Part shown: piece after piece, positions 24,871-37,320 of the stretch
Layout of the letters: each line of letters begins with the position of its first letter
Position numbering within the stretch: the first letter of the stretch is position 1
NCBI RefSeq assembly: GCF_009834535.1
Contig: NC_045697.1
Coordinates: 11,162,001 to 11,226,000 of the forward strand
Reading direction: 5' to 3'
DNA length: 64,000 nt
DNA from: Camelus ferus
Taxonomy: Eukaryota
Program-made: the position numbers and the translations under genes
The notes under the pieces: model-generated
The model's database searches: none
The model's input: only the letters and a program-made list of their open reading frames with translations
Told to the model about the DNA's origin: nothing

Positions 24871-25029
24871 AAACACAGATAAGGTGTGGAAGGATGTACT
24901 GCGAACCAACAATAAAAAATAATAGCATCAGCAGAACTTGAACTTGGGAACCAAAAGGATATGAGAGTGGGTGGCAAAAAAATTTCTAGGATTAAAAACA
25001 AGGATGATACCAACGGCTAATTTTAACTA

Positions 25030-25205
25030 AACAACTATTATGTGCCAGACACTGTTATGTGTCTAATGTGAATCACTGTAAGGTTTTCAGAGAAACCTTA
25101 CTAGGTTGGGATTTTATCATCCATGTTTTATATATGAGAAAACCCTGCCAAGGAACAGAGAGGCTAAGAAATTTTCTGCAGGCCACACAGTTAGTAAGTG
25201 GTGAT
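25030..25205 (-). mobile_element. MIR SINE
   Basis: tatgtgccagacactgtt...ttttatatatgagaaaac...aggccacacagttagtaagtgg. Confidence 0.7.
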
Positions 25206-26210
25206 CTGGAGAAGCTATTTGTGGAACTAACAGGACAAGAGGAGGGGTCAGTTTCACGGGCTGCCCTGGGAATTCATTATAATGTTCGATGGTCCTCTGC
25301 TTCCTGACATCCACACAGTGATCTTGAGCCACGTGGCAGAGAACAGCCACATCTCTTCTTCTCTAGCTGTAGATTCTGGTCACAGCCAGCTGATCCCAGC
25401 TTTGCCATTGCCTTCTGTAGGGATGTCTATTTATAGACTGATGACTTCTGTCTGAGATCATCAGAAATGCCCAACGGTAGGTCAAGGGCAATAGCCAGAG
25501 AGAAATTAAGAGCAGTTAGGGCTCACTCACTAGTGAGAAGATATTTAGCAGGCAATTAACAGCTTCCTTCTGACAAGCAGTGAGAAATAACCACAGAAAA
25601 GTCACAGGGTGGAAAACTGCTTCCTGTGGGCAGGAATCAGAAAGCCGTCTAATATCTGTTTCATGCGAAGAAGTTTCGTCTTGAGAAACTGGTTTCTTTG
25701 ATCACTATTCAAACTTGGGTCCTGTGCTGTTGGAAGATGACATTGGAAAGGAATAAACACGTGTTTCTTCAGCAGGAATTTTCCTTGTTCAAGGGACAAA
25801 TAAGTGAGCGCTGCACCCCTGCTCACCACAGGCAGGTGTGAGACAGGCCCGCAGCCGGGCTCTGCTATGCTGACCGGGCGCACCTCTCCCAGCGAGAGCG
25901 GCGTGCTGTGGGCAGCACCCAGAAGAGACCAGCTGACTCCCCAGAGGCCTTCTATCCCCTTTGGGCCCTTCTACTGCCGGGTCATCTTGCTGTGTGCCTT
26001 TGGGCGAGCCCTACCACCTCCCCGGGCAGAACATGAGAAGACTGGAGTGGATGGGCAGCAAGGTCTCTCCCAGCTTGAAAGCTCTTTCCCTATTTTAGTC
26101 CTGTGAAACCATCCAGCCTATTAACTGGGGAGTCTACTACGTGCTGTAGAGAAGGCAAAAATTAACGTAAATTTAAAAATTAATAAAATTTCCCCTTATC
26201 ATTAGAATAG

Positions 26211-26688
26211 CGTATTGGTTTCTGTGGATGCTGTAACATACTACCACCAACTGGGTGATTTGAAACAAAATGAATTTATTCACTCACAGTTGTAGAGGCC
26301 AGAAATCCAAAACCATGACTTTGTCAGTGTTGGTTCCTTCTGGAGACTCCGGGAGCAAATCCATTCCATGCCTTTCTCCTAGCTTCTGGAGGCTGCTGGC
26401 AATCCTTGGTGCTCCTTGGCTTATAAACACATCACTTGAACCTCTACCTCTGTCTTCACGTGGTTTTCCCATAGTCTTCCACTCTGCCTCAAATTTCCTT
26501 CTCCTTTCTCTTAGAGGAACATCAGTCATTGGATTTAGGACCCATCCTAAATCCAGAAGGAGTCCTTCTTGAGATCTTTAATTTAATGACATCAGCAAAG
26601 ACCTTGTTTCCAAATAAAATCACATGTAGAGTTCTAGGGGTTAGGACTTGGGTATATCTTTTGGGGGGACAGAATCCACCTGCTAACA
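26211..26688 (-). mobile_element. MaLR solo LTR, MLT1C-like
   Basis: gctgtaacatactaccaccaactggg...ttctcctagcttctgg...cagtcattggatttaggaccc...gttaggacttgggtatatcttttgggggg; ~480 bp. Confidence 0.85.
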
Positions 26689-26689
26689 T

Positions 26690-26838
26690 TTAGTGAGATT
26701 TAATATCTACGTTGTGTGTCTCTAAGAGCTTCAGATGTATTATCATATTTAACTCATGCAACAAAACTATGTGGTAAAAACTCGTACACATCTTATGAGG
26801 AAAACCAATAGATTGACTAATGGGCCCATGTTACTCAG
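26690..26838 (-). mobile_element. MIR SINE interrupted by LTR (resumes 27339-27400)
   Basis: tatcatatttaactcatgcaacaaaactatgtgg...gcccatgttactcag, then ctaggaagccagg after the LTR. Confidence 0.65.
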
Positions 26839-27334
26839 TGAGGGGGAGCAGAATACACCACCCCAAAATGTGCCACTTCGGCATGTGGACTGTTTTGACC
26901 TAGAGGGAATTAACACCTCACAGACTCAGGAAAAAAAATTTTTTTTTTAACTGCTGCCTTAACTGCCTAAAAGAATTAAGACAGAGGGCCTGTACCAGGA
27001 AGAGAGCTAATACCAAAGATAAATTTTTATATCAGAAAGATTTATCTGCATGACATGGAAACCACTGGTTAAGCAAACACCTCTTCTCATCTTCCTGTGA
27101 TTTCTCTTCCCTAGTACTCCTGAGTCCCCAGACTCCTACCCGCCTCTCCTTAGCTCAGTATGATATATAAGCCTCAATCTCCTAACTGCTGGGAGCCGCT
27201 CATGTCTTTGTGGGACTCCTGTACGTAACAAATTAAATTAATTTTTCTCCTGTTAAATTGCCTTAAGTCAATTGAGTTATTAGACCAGCCAAAGAACCTA
27301 GAAGGATAGAAAGAAAAAGTTTTCCTCATCTACA
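26839..27334 (+). mobile_element. ERV1 solo LTR, MER34-like
   Basis: TG...CA termini; 5' cagaatacaccaccccaaaatgtgccacttcggcat; 3' agaaaaagttttcctcatctaca; 4-bp TSD tcag at 26835-26838 and 27335-27338. Confidence 0.88.
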
Positions 27335-27619
27335 TCAGCTAGGAAGCCAGGCAGGCAGAATGTTTCTAGAGAGCACGTTTGTACAAGGACACCATAGTGC
27401 CTCCCATATAGGCAATACCAGTCAAAGTGCCAACTTCATGCAGATTATGGGTGACAACAGGTTTCACTCATTCATTCATTCCTTCACTCACAAATGACAC
27501 AGTAGGCACTCAAAACAAAGTTACTGATTAAATAAATGCCTGCAATTCCACAGGCTTTGTAATGGACCCTGGGGTACAGATATCAACAAGATTGTAATAA
27601 GACCTGGCCAAAACCAGTT

Positions 27620-28077
27620 CTCCAGCCGTAAAAAAAGAATGAAATCTTGCCATTTGCAGCAACATGGATGGATGTGTAGTGCATTATGCTAAATTTGAAA
27701 TACGTCAGATAAAGACAAATACTGTATGATAGATATACTTGTATGTGGAATCTAAAAAATACAACAAACTAGTTAGTATAACAAAAAAGAAGCAAACTCA
27801 CAGAGATAGAAAACAAACTGTGGTCACCAGTGGGGAGAGGGAAGGGGACAGAAGCAATATAGGGGTAGAGGAGTAGGAGGCATAAATATTTAGGTATAAA
27901 ATAAGCTACAGGGATGTATTGCACAACAAGAGGAATACAGCCAATATTTTATAATAACCATAAATGGAGTATTACCTTTAAAAATTGTGACTCTCTATAT
28001 TGTACACCTGTAACATATAATATTGTACAGCAATTAAACTTCAATAAAAATTAAATTAAAAAAGAGAAAAAAAAAAG
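27620..28077 (+). mobile_element. 5'-truncated L1 3' end with poly(A)
   Basis: aagaatgaaatcttgccatttgcagcaacatggatgga...ggaatctaaaa; aataaa ~28043 and A-tail to 28077. Confidence 0.9.
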
Positions 28078-28472
28078 TAATGGCTCTTTCCTATCTAGGC
28101 CTAATTTGGAGTTGGATTAAAACTAGCAATAAGGCAAAAATTCAAGATTTTAAGAGCCAGAGATGTGTGGCCAGACAGAGGGTGTTCTCCTGCCCATTCT
28201 TCCTTCTCTTAATAAAATGAAGTCAGTATCAAAAAACATCATCTGACTGTTGCTTCTTAACCCACAGGTTTGTGAAGTCTCTCTCTCTTTCTTTTATTCA
28301 CAGTCTTTTGCTTTCTTTCTCTCTCATATTAGGAGGATGTCCTCAACTTTATTTTCTTTGTGGGATGGCAGCAATGACCAAGTTTCACAAGCAGGAGTCT
28401 CCACAAAGAACATAGGGGCATGGCAATGGGGTGGGGGTTGTTTTAGACCTGTTGGCAACTTCTTGTGGGTAT

Positions 28473-29104
28473 TAAGACAGGAGGGAAGGGGACAGGGCAC
28501 AGCCATTATAGGAATGACACAGCAATTAGCACCAAGATGGTGGAAGTCAATTCCCAGTAGATCCTGAGGCCCAAGATGGTAGGAGATTTGACTTCCAGTA
28601 GATCTTGAGCTTCATTATACGTTCATTGTAATATATTAGCATGCCAAATGGCACTCCCACAGGCACCATGACAGTTCTGAGGCTGACCTTGAAAGGTCAA
28701 AAAGTGAGCAGTGGCCCAGTTCCTAGGAATCCCAGCCTCTTCCCAATCCTCTTCCCAATACTTGTTAGCATATGAAGTTGCCAAGCCCATAAAAACTAGT
28801 AACAAAGCACCTTGCAGCCTCCTGCTCCCTTGCCTTTGGAGATGGACCGCACCCTGTCTTTGCAATGTGTATCTACTTTTACGGTAAGCTAAACACCCAC
28901 TCCCGCGCCTCATGGCCTTTCGGCCTTCTGAGACGGCCTACACTTGGTCTATGGAGCATGCATCTCTCTGAATAAATCTGCCTTTGCTCAGCTATGGCTT
29001 GTTCATGAATTCTTACCTATGGACCCTCACTTGGGGTGCATCACCGGGACTCGTCTGGGACCTGGGACATGGCTATCCTCTCTCACCCCATTTTTCCTGT
29101 ATCA
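28473..29104 (+). mobile_element. ERV1 solo LTR, MER41-like (artiodactyl type)
   Basis: 5' agacaggagggaaggggacagggcacagcc, internal cactcccacaggcaccatgacagtt, aataaa ~28971, 3' ttcctgtatca; 4-bp TSD gtat at 28469-28472 and 29105-29108. Confidence 0.82.
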
Positions 29105-29187
29105 GTATGACATCTAGTTATAACTCCCTTGATTCATGGAAGACAGAGTTAATGGCTGGGTCCTTTTAATTCCTTAGAAGTTACATT

Positions 29188-29312
29188 TGAAGGGTAATAG
29201 AATATGCCACCCCAAAATCTGCCACTTACACATAAGGACTATTTCAAGCTGAAGGCAAGTGAGAAGAAGCAGACCTAAGCACAGTTCTCTGCCCTTCCCC
29301 ATGTGCCTAAAA
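29188..29312 (+). mobile_element. MER34-like LTR 5' fragment
   Basis: tgaagggtaatagaatatgccaccccaaaatctgccactt...aaggactatttcaagctgaaggc, homologous to the start of the LTR at 26839. Confidence 0.8.
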
Positions 29313-31839
29313 CTATATACTAAATGTTTCTTAATTATTCAAATTATTCAAAATAATGGATGGTTAGCTAAGTGTGGAGAAATGAAAGGCTAAACATAAG
29401 ACCAAAGCAGAGTTAATAACTTTAGTTTCTTCATTTTTTGACAAAGCTGGTGGTAAACAATAGTGAGGACAATAGTGACGATGATTAAATGCACTGCTCT
29501 CCCTGTCCCAGTCCCTTTCTGCTGGGACCAGGATTAGGGGAGCCGGCAATGACTCAGCACGAGAAACAAGAGCTCTGGTTATTCTACAAGCCAGAAAATG
29601 CATGCCTGGCTAATTGGGTGTTGCTGGAGAAAACTGGATTGTTATCTTGAATACAAAGCAAACTCTGACCCCCCTGTGCACATTAGATGCATTCTGGAGC
29701 TGTTGTGGGTAATGCAAATAGCTGCATATTGAGTCATTATTCATTGACTTGCTTACTCTGGCAGAGAAGTTTTCCCAGGGGAAGAAAAATGATCCCAAAC
29801 TATGATTAAAACTCATACTTTAAGAATCTTAATAATCATATCAAAAAGCCTTCTGTATTTCTCAATGCCTGGGCGTTTAGCTACTCCATAGCCCTGCAAG
29901 TGAACTGTGAATCCATATGATCATCTTACATTCATTCACTATGATGTTTCTATTATATCCAAACGTCTTATTTGATAAACACTCCACCCCACCACCCGTT
30001 AATGAATGATTATGTTACTTAGTATTTTGCCCAAATTATCACGTCAGTGATGCCCCATGTACATTTGTCCCCTTTAAGTATTCCTGAAAGTGGTAATGGG
30101 GGCCTCCCAAGGCTCAAAGCATATAAAACACATATTTTCCCTCAAAATATGGCTGCCAAGATTAACTAAAATATCAAGTTTCTTTGCTTTAAGCAGGAAT
30201 TTAGAAACTCTGTATGATAACAGTGCTTATCTCCTATAATCAGAAGCTCTATCTTTCAACAGCAAACAAAGGGAAAACAAGTTCATTGTCATGTCATAAA
30301 TGCAGTTTGTAGACAAAAATCTTCTAAAATGTGAAAACCTAGGGTAGGGAATTAATAAAGATACCCATGTAAGCTTAAAAATGCGAATAAATAAGATGCA
30401 TTTTCCCTCTGAAAAAAACTGATAAAGGTGGGTTTTATTGAGGGGGGAGGGTTGATACTGGTAACTATTCATATACCCACTGGAGAATCATTTATTCAGC
30501 TTCTTTTGGGTGCTGAGAGTTATATCAGCTACCAGGAAAATTAGAAGAAATGGAGGAACATAGACATGGATCCTGTCTTCAAGGAGTTGCCAGTCTAGAA
30601 GGGAAAAGTGTTTCAATAAGTAATTATTTATGTAACAGGTATGAATTCACATATATGCATGTCGGTGTGGATATTCGTCAATTGATTTCATAAGCTGAGT
30701 CTAATGCAATGAAAAGGAAAAATGAAGAGTGTTTAAAAGAATTTTCAAGATAAAATTGAGTCTACGAGTTTTAAATGGCTTGAAACCAAATGCTATTCTG
30801 ACAATTTTACTCTCACTGCTATCTTTAGATGTAAGACACATGGGCAAAACTCGAGATCTGCATATTCCAGGCAGCCAATCGGGATGCATGTCGTCACTGA
30901 TCTAATGGCTGCTCTATCATTTCTCCGAAAATATCCTGCAGATAATCATCCCTGGAGGGGGAAAAAAAAAAAAAAGAGGGGGGAAGGGGCCGTGATCAAC
31001 TTAACTGAATACCTTCTCTCCATCTTAGAGATTCATGACACACCTTCTCGTATGAAAAGCTAGCTGAGGTATTGCATCAAAGAACCTAGTATAGTATGAA
31101 AACCAGTCTTTCCCAAACTTACTTGATCATGGATAGAATTTTTTTTTGCGTAGCACCTATTTATTGGCACCCTTTGGAATCAGTGTTCCCTACAACATTC
31201 TCCTGGAAATACTGCAGTAATAGACAACAAATATATATGTACCGCTTTTAAAAGAATATCCATAGACCACTTGTGCTGTTGACCCGAGTGACACTTTACA
31301 GGGATTAAACTGCTATACCCTGCTGGGCACATTTCCAGAACCTGATGTTTACATAGTGAAGAAAACTGTGCAAATTGAAATTCAAAATAAGTAGGTATGT
31401 AAGACGGAACAACCTGTGAGATGAAAGGTTATGAGTAAAATGTAAGAGAAAAAAAAACGATTTTATACAGAGCAGCCAATCCTGTTGTTAAATACCCTTT
31501 AGGAACTGCTTGGTTTTTCTTTTTTTTTTTTTTTCTTCTTGACATACACATGATTCAATTGTTTTAGCCAATTCTTACATGATCACTTTGTTAGCTTCAA
31601 GTTGGGGATTACTCCTTCAGAGAAAGCAGAAGACATGGTCATGTTTTCAGTGACAGAGAAAATGCCTACAGAGAGCCATGGGGAGGTCCTCAGCTTGACA
31701 GAGTATATTCATAAGATCAGTAAGGTGAGTCAAAATAATTTTATTTCCAGTGTGTTAGTTCTGCAGAGGATGGGTATCCCTTTCGCCCTTTGCTCTTTTG
31801 CAGCATAAAAAAATCACTTAAAAATAACCCTCCTTCTCA

Positions 31840-32175
31840 GGGGGTACTAGGTTTCAGCCATTCAACATAAGAAAGTCCTAGAGATCTACTGTACTGCACA
31901 GGGCCTGCAGTTACTGGTAACAAATGGTACACTTACAAGTTTGCTAGGAAGGTAGATCTTATGTTAAGTGCTCTTAGCCCCTGAAATGAATAACAATAAT
32001 AAAAAATAAAGAGGGCGGGAGGAAACTTTTGGAGACAGCAGGTATGTTTATGGCCTAGATTGCGGTGATGGTTTCATGGATGTATCCTTTTCTCCAAACT
32101 CATCAAGTCATATACAGCAATTGTGTACAGCTTTTTGTATGTTAACTGTTCTTCAATGAAGTGGTTTGAAAAAGG
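31840..32175 (+). mobile_element. Old L1 (L1MB-like) 3'UTR end
   Basis: tagagatctactgtac...ggaggaaacttttggaga...gattgcggtgatggtttcatgg...aaactcatcaa. Confidence 0.8.
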
Positions 32176-32549
32176 AAATAGATTGATGCAAAAAAAGTAT
32201 ACTTTAAATATATATACATATATATAAATATAATAAATAAACTCTCTGTGTCCAGACACAGAGTTCAGCTCTGAACGGCTAGCATCATGGTAACCATCAA
32301 AACTCAACTCATTGAGGTTAAATAGGTCTTGCCTTTATCGGATCCCCATGGACTTAGTCAAGCAGCTTTAACCATATCCACCAGGAATAAACAATACAAA
32401 TGTTCTTTAATTTACGTAACACTACCTTTCATGTACTAGCTGTAAGACAAAAATAGTCATGCTAATAGTAACAAGCATTTACTAAGGAATTACCACATTC
32501 CAGCAAAGGAACAACATCTTTGAATTAATAACCTTATCCAATGGGCATA

Positions 32550-32785
32550 AATTATAAAGAGGCAGGATTCTTCTCAATACAGGGAAGAATTTCTTAAGCA
32601 TAAAAGCAATCTAAAGGTCACCCGGGCTGATTCAAGAGATGGGAAGCACTCCCTCTGTCAGGGCCTGGCAGCCCAAATTCAAGGCATTTTGCAGGGAAGT
32701 TAGGGGCAGTGGGTACTTTGGCAGTGAATGGTGGTTAAAGATGACAAACTCTAAGCTCCCTTATTCCAAAACTCTGTATTCTGGC
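32550..32785 (+). mobile_element. L3/CR1 3' end (degenerate)
   Basis: ctcaatacagggaagaatttctt...ctctaagctcccttattccaaaactctgtattct. Confidence 0.45.
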
Positions 32786-33729
32786 CGTTTACATACTTAG
32801 TCTGCATAATATCATTTTTAAACTGCTGATAAAACTGTCCTCAAATGACTGAGTACATGCAGGCTTGGACTTTTTGCAAAATTAGAAGTAAATCAATGAG
32901 CCTTTTCTTTTGTGGCCTCCTTCCTCAAGGGTGACTACAAAGATCCATAAACAGGCTCATAAAAAATGCAAGTTAAATCGGAGTCAGTTCTCAATTACCC
33001 ACACTGATAGCTGGAGCAAATGGACAGATCATCCAAAACAGCAGGTAAGGGCCAAAAATGTTCACATGTGGCCGTTAAATCTTGTGCTCCGCTTGCTCCA
33101 TGATTAAGAGGTGACTTTTGCTGAAAAAAATATCCACTTCCTTGACAGAATTCTGGTTCTCCTATTTAAAAAAAAATCTCTATATTAAATTAATTAGAAT
33201 CGATTAAACTATTAATAGGAATTAGCATCAATATATATTTTTAATTTTCCTCTGGACTCGCTGAAGTTCAGACCATCTAAATGAAAATCTGAGGCAGAAA
33301 AGGGCAAAATTATTGCACACAAAAGCTGCCATAGTATATGGGTTAGCAAACCTAAATTGTGAAGCTCATTACCTTTTCATAGACAAGAGTGCTTTGCGTC
33401 ATAAAGACAGCTCGCATCACACCTCCCGACACGGGGAGGCTCCTTGCCGTATCTCATTCCTGAAGCTCTGCATTTGCTCTCTTGATAGGGTTGGGCTGCA
33501 GGACAGATTCTAGATGGTATAAGCCAAAAGGCTAGAGAGGGAAGGGACAGTGCCCTTTGGAGGTAGCTTCAAAGAATTTTAGGGAACTGGAGATAAAGTA
33601 TGAATTTCTTAAATCATGAACCAGGGCTCAGCAGAGTAAGAAAAAGCTTAACTTCATTTCTATTTTGTTTAAATAAAAAATTAAAACAACAAAACTAATT
33701 CAAGACAGAACAAAATGCCATGTCTGGGA

Positions 33730-34140
33730 GAGACCTCTGGACTAGAAAAGTACAAGACTTGGGTTCTAATCCGAGTCTGTCAACAATTACCTATGAGGCG
33801 GTAGGCAAATTATTTAACATCTCTGTTTCTCAGTTTCCGTATCCTAGCAACAGCTACTACTCGTTGAAAGCTTTCTTACTATGTCTTGGTTACTTCTCTT
33901 CAAGCACTTTTGCAATTTATCTCACAGGATCCTCTCAACAACCTAATAAACTAGGTATAATTAGCAACTCCATTTTACAGATGACAAAAGTAAGGCATTG
34001 AAAGCAATGTGCCAAAGCAGGGTCTAGAGTGGAGGCAAATAAGATTCCAACTCACACTCTCAGTCATCACACTATACTGACTCACTGCTAGGAAGTGTGA
34101 GGGTTGAATGATACGTTCTCTCAGCATCCTTTAGTGCTTA
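33730..34140. mobile_element. Two MIR SINEs (plus-strand copy with minus-strand copy ~33850-34085)
   Basis: gggttctaatcc...ggcaaattatttaacatctctgtttctcagtttcc and ccattttacagatgacaaaagtaaggc cores. Confidence 0.7.
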
Positions 34141-34199
34141 TTCTGCGATTCTACAATATCGCAAAATATCTGTTAAATAAACAATTTTAAAGCCTCAGA

Positions 34200-35060
34200 A
34201 GGGATGCCCATTTCAAGAAGTATTTATCCTTCAAGACCCAGATCAAATGTTGTCCCCTCTATACCCTGTATAATGTATATGAATGTATATGTATATACAT
34301 ATGCATATATGCCCTGTGTCTGTATATATGCAGGTGAGCCTGTGTCTCCTGCGTGAGATGGGCAGTGTTTTCAGTCCTGGCTTTGGCCCTCATCACAACA
34401 TATGGTACTGTCATTCACTTGCCTTCTTTACCTACTTGGTGGCTAACTCTTCTAGGTTTAGACCATGACTTACTTGTTCATTTTTGTGTGACCTGAGAAG
34501 CTGTAACATAATAGGTGCTCAATAAATACTGTATTTATCCATAGGTACTTATTTAATAGCATATAAGCTGTACAAGTGTTGACACTTCCTGATGGTGACA
34601 AAATTTGGGGCAGAAAGGATATTTGAGAATAAGGCATTATAGGAACCTGGCCCCGTTTCCCCGCCACCCATGAAGTCACCTCCTCTTACACCATCAGACT
34701 GACTTCTTTGGCCCTAACCTCAGGACCTTGAATTTCCTGTTCTCTTGCTTGAAAGAGCCTTTACTCAGGTCCTCATGACTCACTGTCTATCTCTGCTAAG
34801 ATGTCAGTGAGAGTCCTTCACGGACCACCTCCAGCCGGGAGCAATGCCGTCACTCCCAGCGCCCTCCCCGCTGGCTACCTCTTCCTGTGCATGGCATTTT
34901 CTCTGACCTGAAAGGCGCACAGCATATTCTGAGGTAGCCTGCTTTTCCTCCACTCAGATGAAGGAGCCACAAAGTTAGAACCTGTCATGTATCCTCAGTG
35001 CCTACAGTGGTGCCTCGCGCATTGTAGTCAAAGACTGTAGGTAAATAAATGGACGGATAC
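34200..35060 (+). mobile_element. LINE-2 3' fragments (two termini)
   Basis: tatccttcaagacccagatcaaatgt; ataggtgctcaataaatact; tcctcagtgcctacagtggtgcct. Confidence 0.6.
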
Positions 35061-36289
35061 AATACTTCTCATCATACAAATATTAAACATCTTTTTTAAG
35101 GGGCTTGTTATAATAGCGATAAATTTATGTGCAACTGTAGGTTGATAATCCAAAGTCCACCTCTGGTCGGTTTTCTGGCCTATGGCTTGTTCTAAACATG
35201 AATGTTCTTTAAATGTGAAGAAAACTACCAATAGGATGTGAAGTTTTTTTTTTTTTTTTTTTGCCATGACATTTGGTACCTATGCTCCAACACTAAGAAG
35301 AAGTGGTCTGAGCAATAGGGGTTCATTGGATGCAGGGGAAATTGTGGGCACACGGGTGGAAGGGAAATTCCCCTCGTGCTGGCAGCTGGGTAGTTGTGTG
35401 ATTGAAGGCTTGCCTCTCGGGGTTTCTCTCAAAGTCATGAATCCTGTCTCATTCACCTGAGCCTGCAGTGATGGGGCCAGACAGGCTGAAGGAGCACTTT
35501 GTCTGCTTGCTGAGTGAATGAAGCCAGCACTACATTCAGAAGCTTCTTTCTAGTCCCATTTCAAGTTTCTTCTGCCTGCGATGCTCCCTCACCTGGGCCA
35601 CAGCAAAGTAAGAAATCCAAGTCAGCCCCCCGGGAGACGCCCCTCCCAGAACTGCGTTTACAATCTGTACCTTCTGAGCCATGTCAAGACTTTTTAGATA
35701 CTCCCAGCCCAGCATAAAGCAAACCCAAATTACAGGGAGGGAGAGACTGTATACAAATCTGAGTCCATTTCCTCCTCAGATTTGGCCTTTGAGACTCAAA
35801 AATGTTGCATAATGAAAAATTAAAGAATTCATAGAGAATCTTTCCCAAGAGGTGGGTGAGCACTTAGGAGGTACTGACCAATGTCTGTATGTATTGTTCT
35901 TGTCACCTAGTTCACTGAGAGGTATTCAAATCTTTATTTTAGAGACATAGGAAGGGAAATCCAGAGATATAAAATGATTTGCAGATAGTGACACCGCCCA
36001 TCATTGGTGGAATCATAGTCTGAGGTCTGTTTACTCGGCCAGAGAAATAAAAAAGTTCGATTTTAATAAGGAGTTGTCTGGTTCTGTCTTTTGCTACTGC
36101 ATGTCCACAGGAGAAGCAGAACAGCTTCTTGGAGAATTCAAGGCTACCGACACCTATTCACAGGCATACACTTGAGTTACTAGTAATGGCAAGAAATTGC
36201 TACATAAAATATTTAAATGTCTATCTATCTGGATGGAAGGTAGGCAGAGAAGCGGGGAGGGAAAGACAGAGGGAGGGAGAGAAAAAATA

Positions 36290-36810
36290 TACAAAAAGAC
36301 AATGGCCAGACTACATATAAAAATAGAACTTTGACCCACAGCCTGCCCCAACCTGCCCAGGGACCCAACACTTACCTACAACAAATGGCCCAGGAAGCCA
36401 GCCTGCTGGAACCAGACTTGCAGGAAGCCTGATCACTCTCTCTAGCGACAACCCAAAAAGCTAGACAACAACTTCTGTAACAATCAGTTTAATTGGCCAG
36501 AACTTGATTAATAACTGATTACTTGATTATTCCTTAGGTTTTGTCCCCAATTCCAACTTAAGGCCAACCAGAGAAAGCCAAATTTGCACCCCTAATCCGT
36601 TACATGGGATGCCCCACATCTAGTTAGCCCTCCTCCCGCTTCCCCGTGGCAAGAGCCTCTAATCAGGGCACATCTGAAACCTTCCTGGTTCCCACTAAAA
36701 GCTTTCCCAGTCCTGCCAAAACGAAGTGATGGTGGCTGACTTTCTCACTGGAGTAGGCTCTGAATAAACAACCTTTACTTTCCTTATTTGGTTGGTGTTG
36801 GTATATATAT
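36290..36810 (+). mobile_element. ERV1 LTR, MER90/MER110-like
   Basis: ggccagactacatataaaaatagaactttgacccacagcctgc...cccaggaagccagcctgc...aaccagagaaagccaaat...gctctgaataaa. Confidence 0.75.
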
Positions 36811-37084
36811 TTATAGATATATATATCCAATCTGTATACACATATATTTTATATATATGGTTGTATATCCCATTTAACCAATGAATTATTGTTCATTTAA
36901 TATTTTCTTTAAATATATTCTTTAGAAAATTTTTAAAATTTTATTTAAAAATAAATTTTCACACTTCTATCTTAAAGAGTGATACACTAGTCATTTTCTA
37001 ATATACATTAAACTAAATATCTGTTAAATTCAATCTATTCATTCAGTTACCACATGAAAACATGTCACATACTATCAGTATTTG

Positions 37085-37320
37085 TGTGGGTGGCTTAGTG
37101 AAGCAAAGACTGAACTTAGGAATAAAAAAACTTGGGTTCGAACTCAGTTTTACCACTCACTCAGTGTCCCAGGGCAAGTGATCTAACTTCTGAGTCTTGG
37201 GTCCTCACTTGATGAATACCTGTAATTCCAAACTAGGAGAGTTATGGTGAAGATGACACTCACTGGTACCTATGAATGTACCAGGTACAGGCAGGTGCTC
37301 AACGAATACATTTATATTTT
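37085..37320 (+). mobile_element. MIR SINE with L2-like tail
   Basis: cttgggttcgaactcagttttaccactcac...gggcaagtgatctaacttctgagtc; caggtgctcaacgaat. Confidence 0.7.

Noticed and set aside
26839..29312. Provirus bounded by two MER34-like LTRs
   Set aside because: First LTR has its own TSD, the second is a short diverged fragment, and there is no PBS or gag/pol sequence between them
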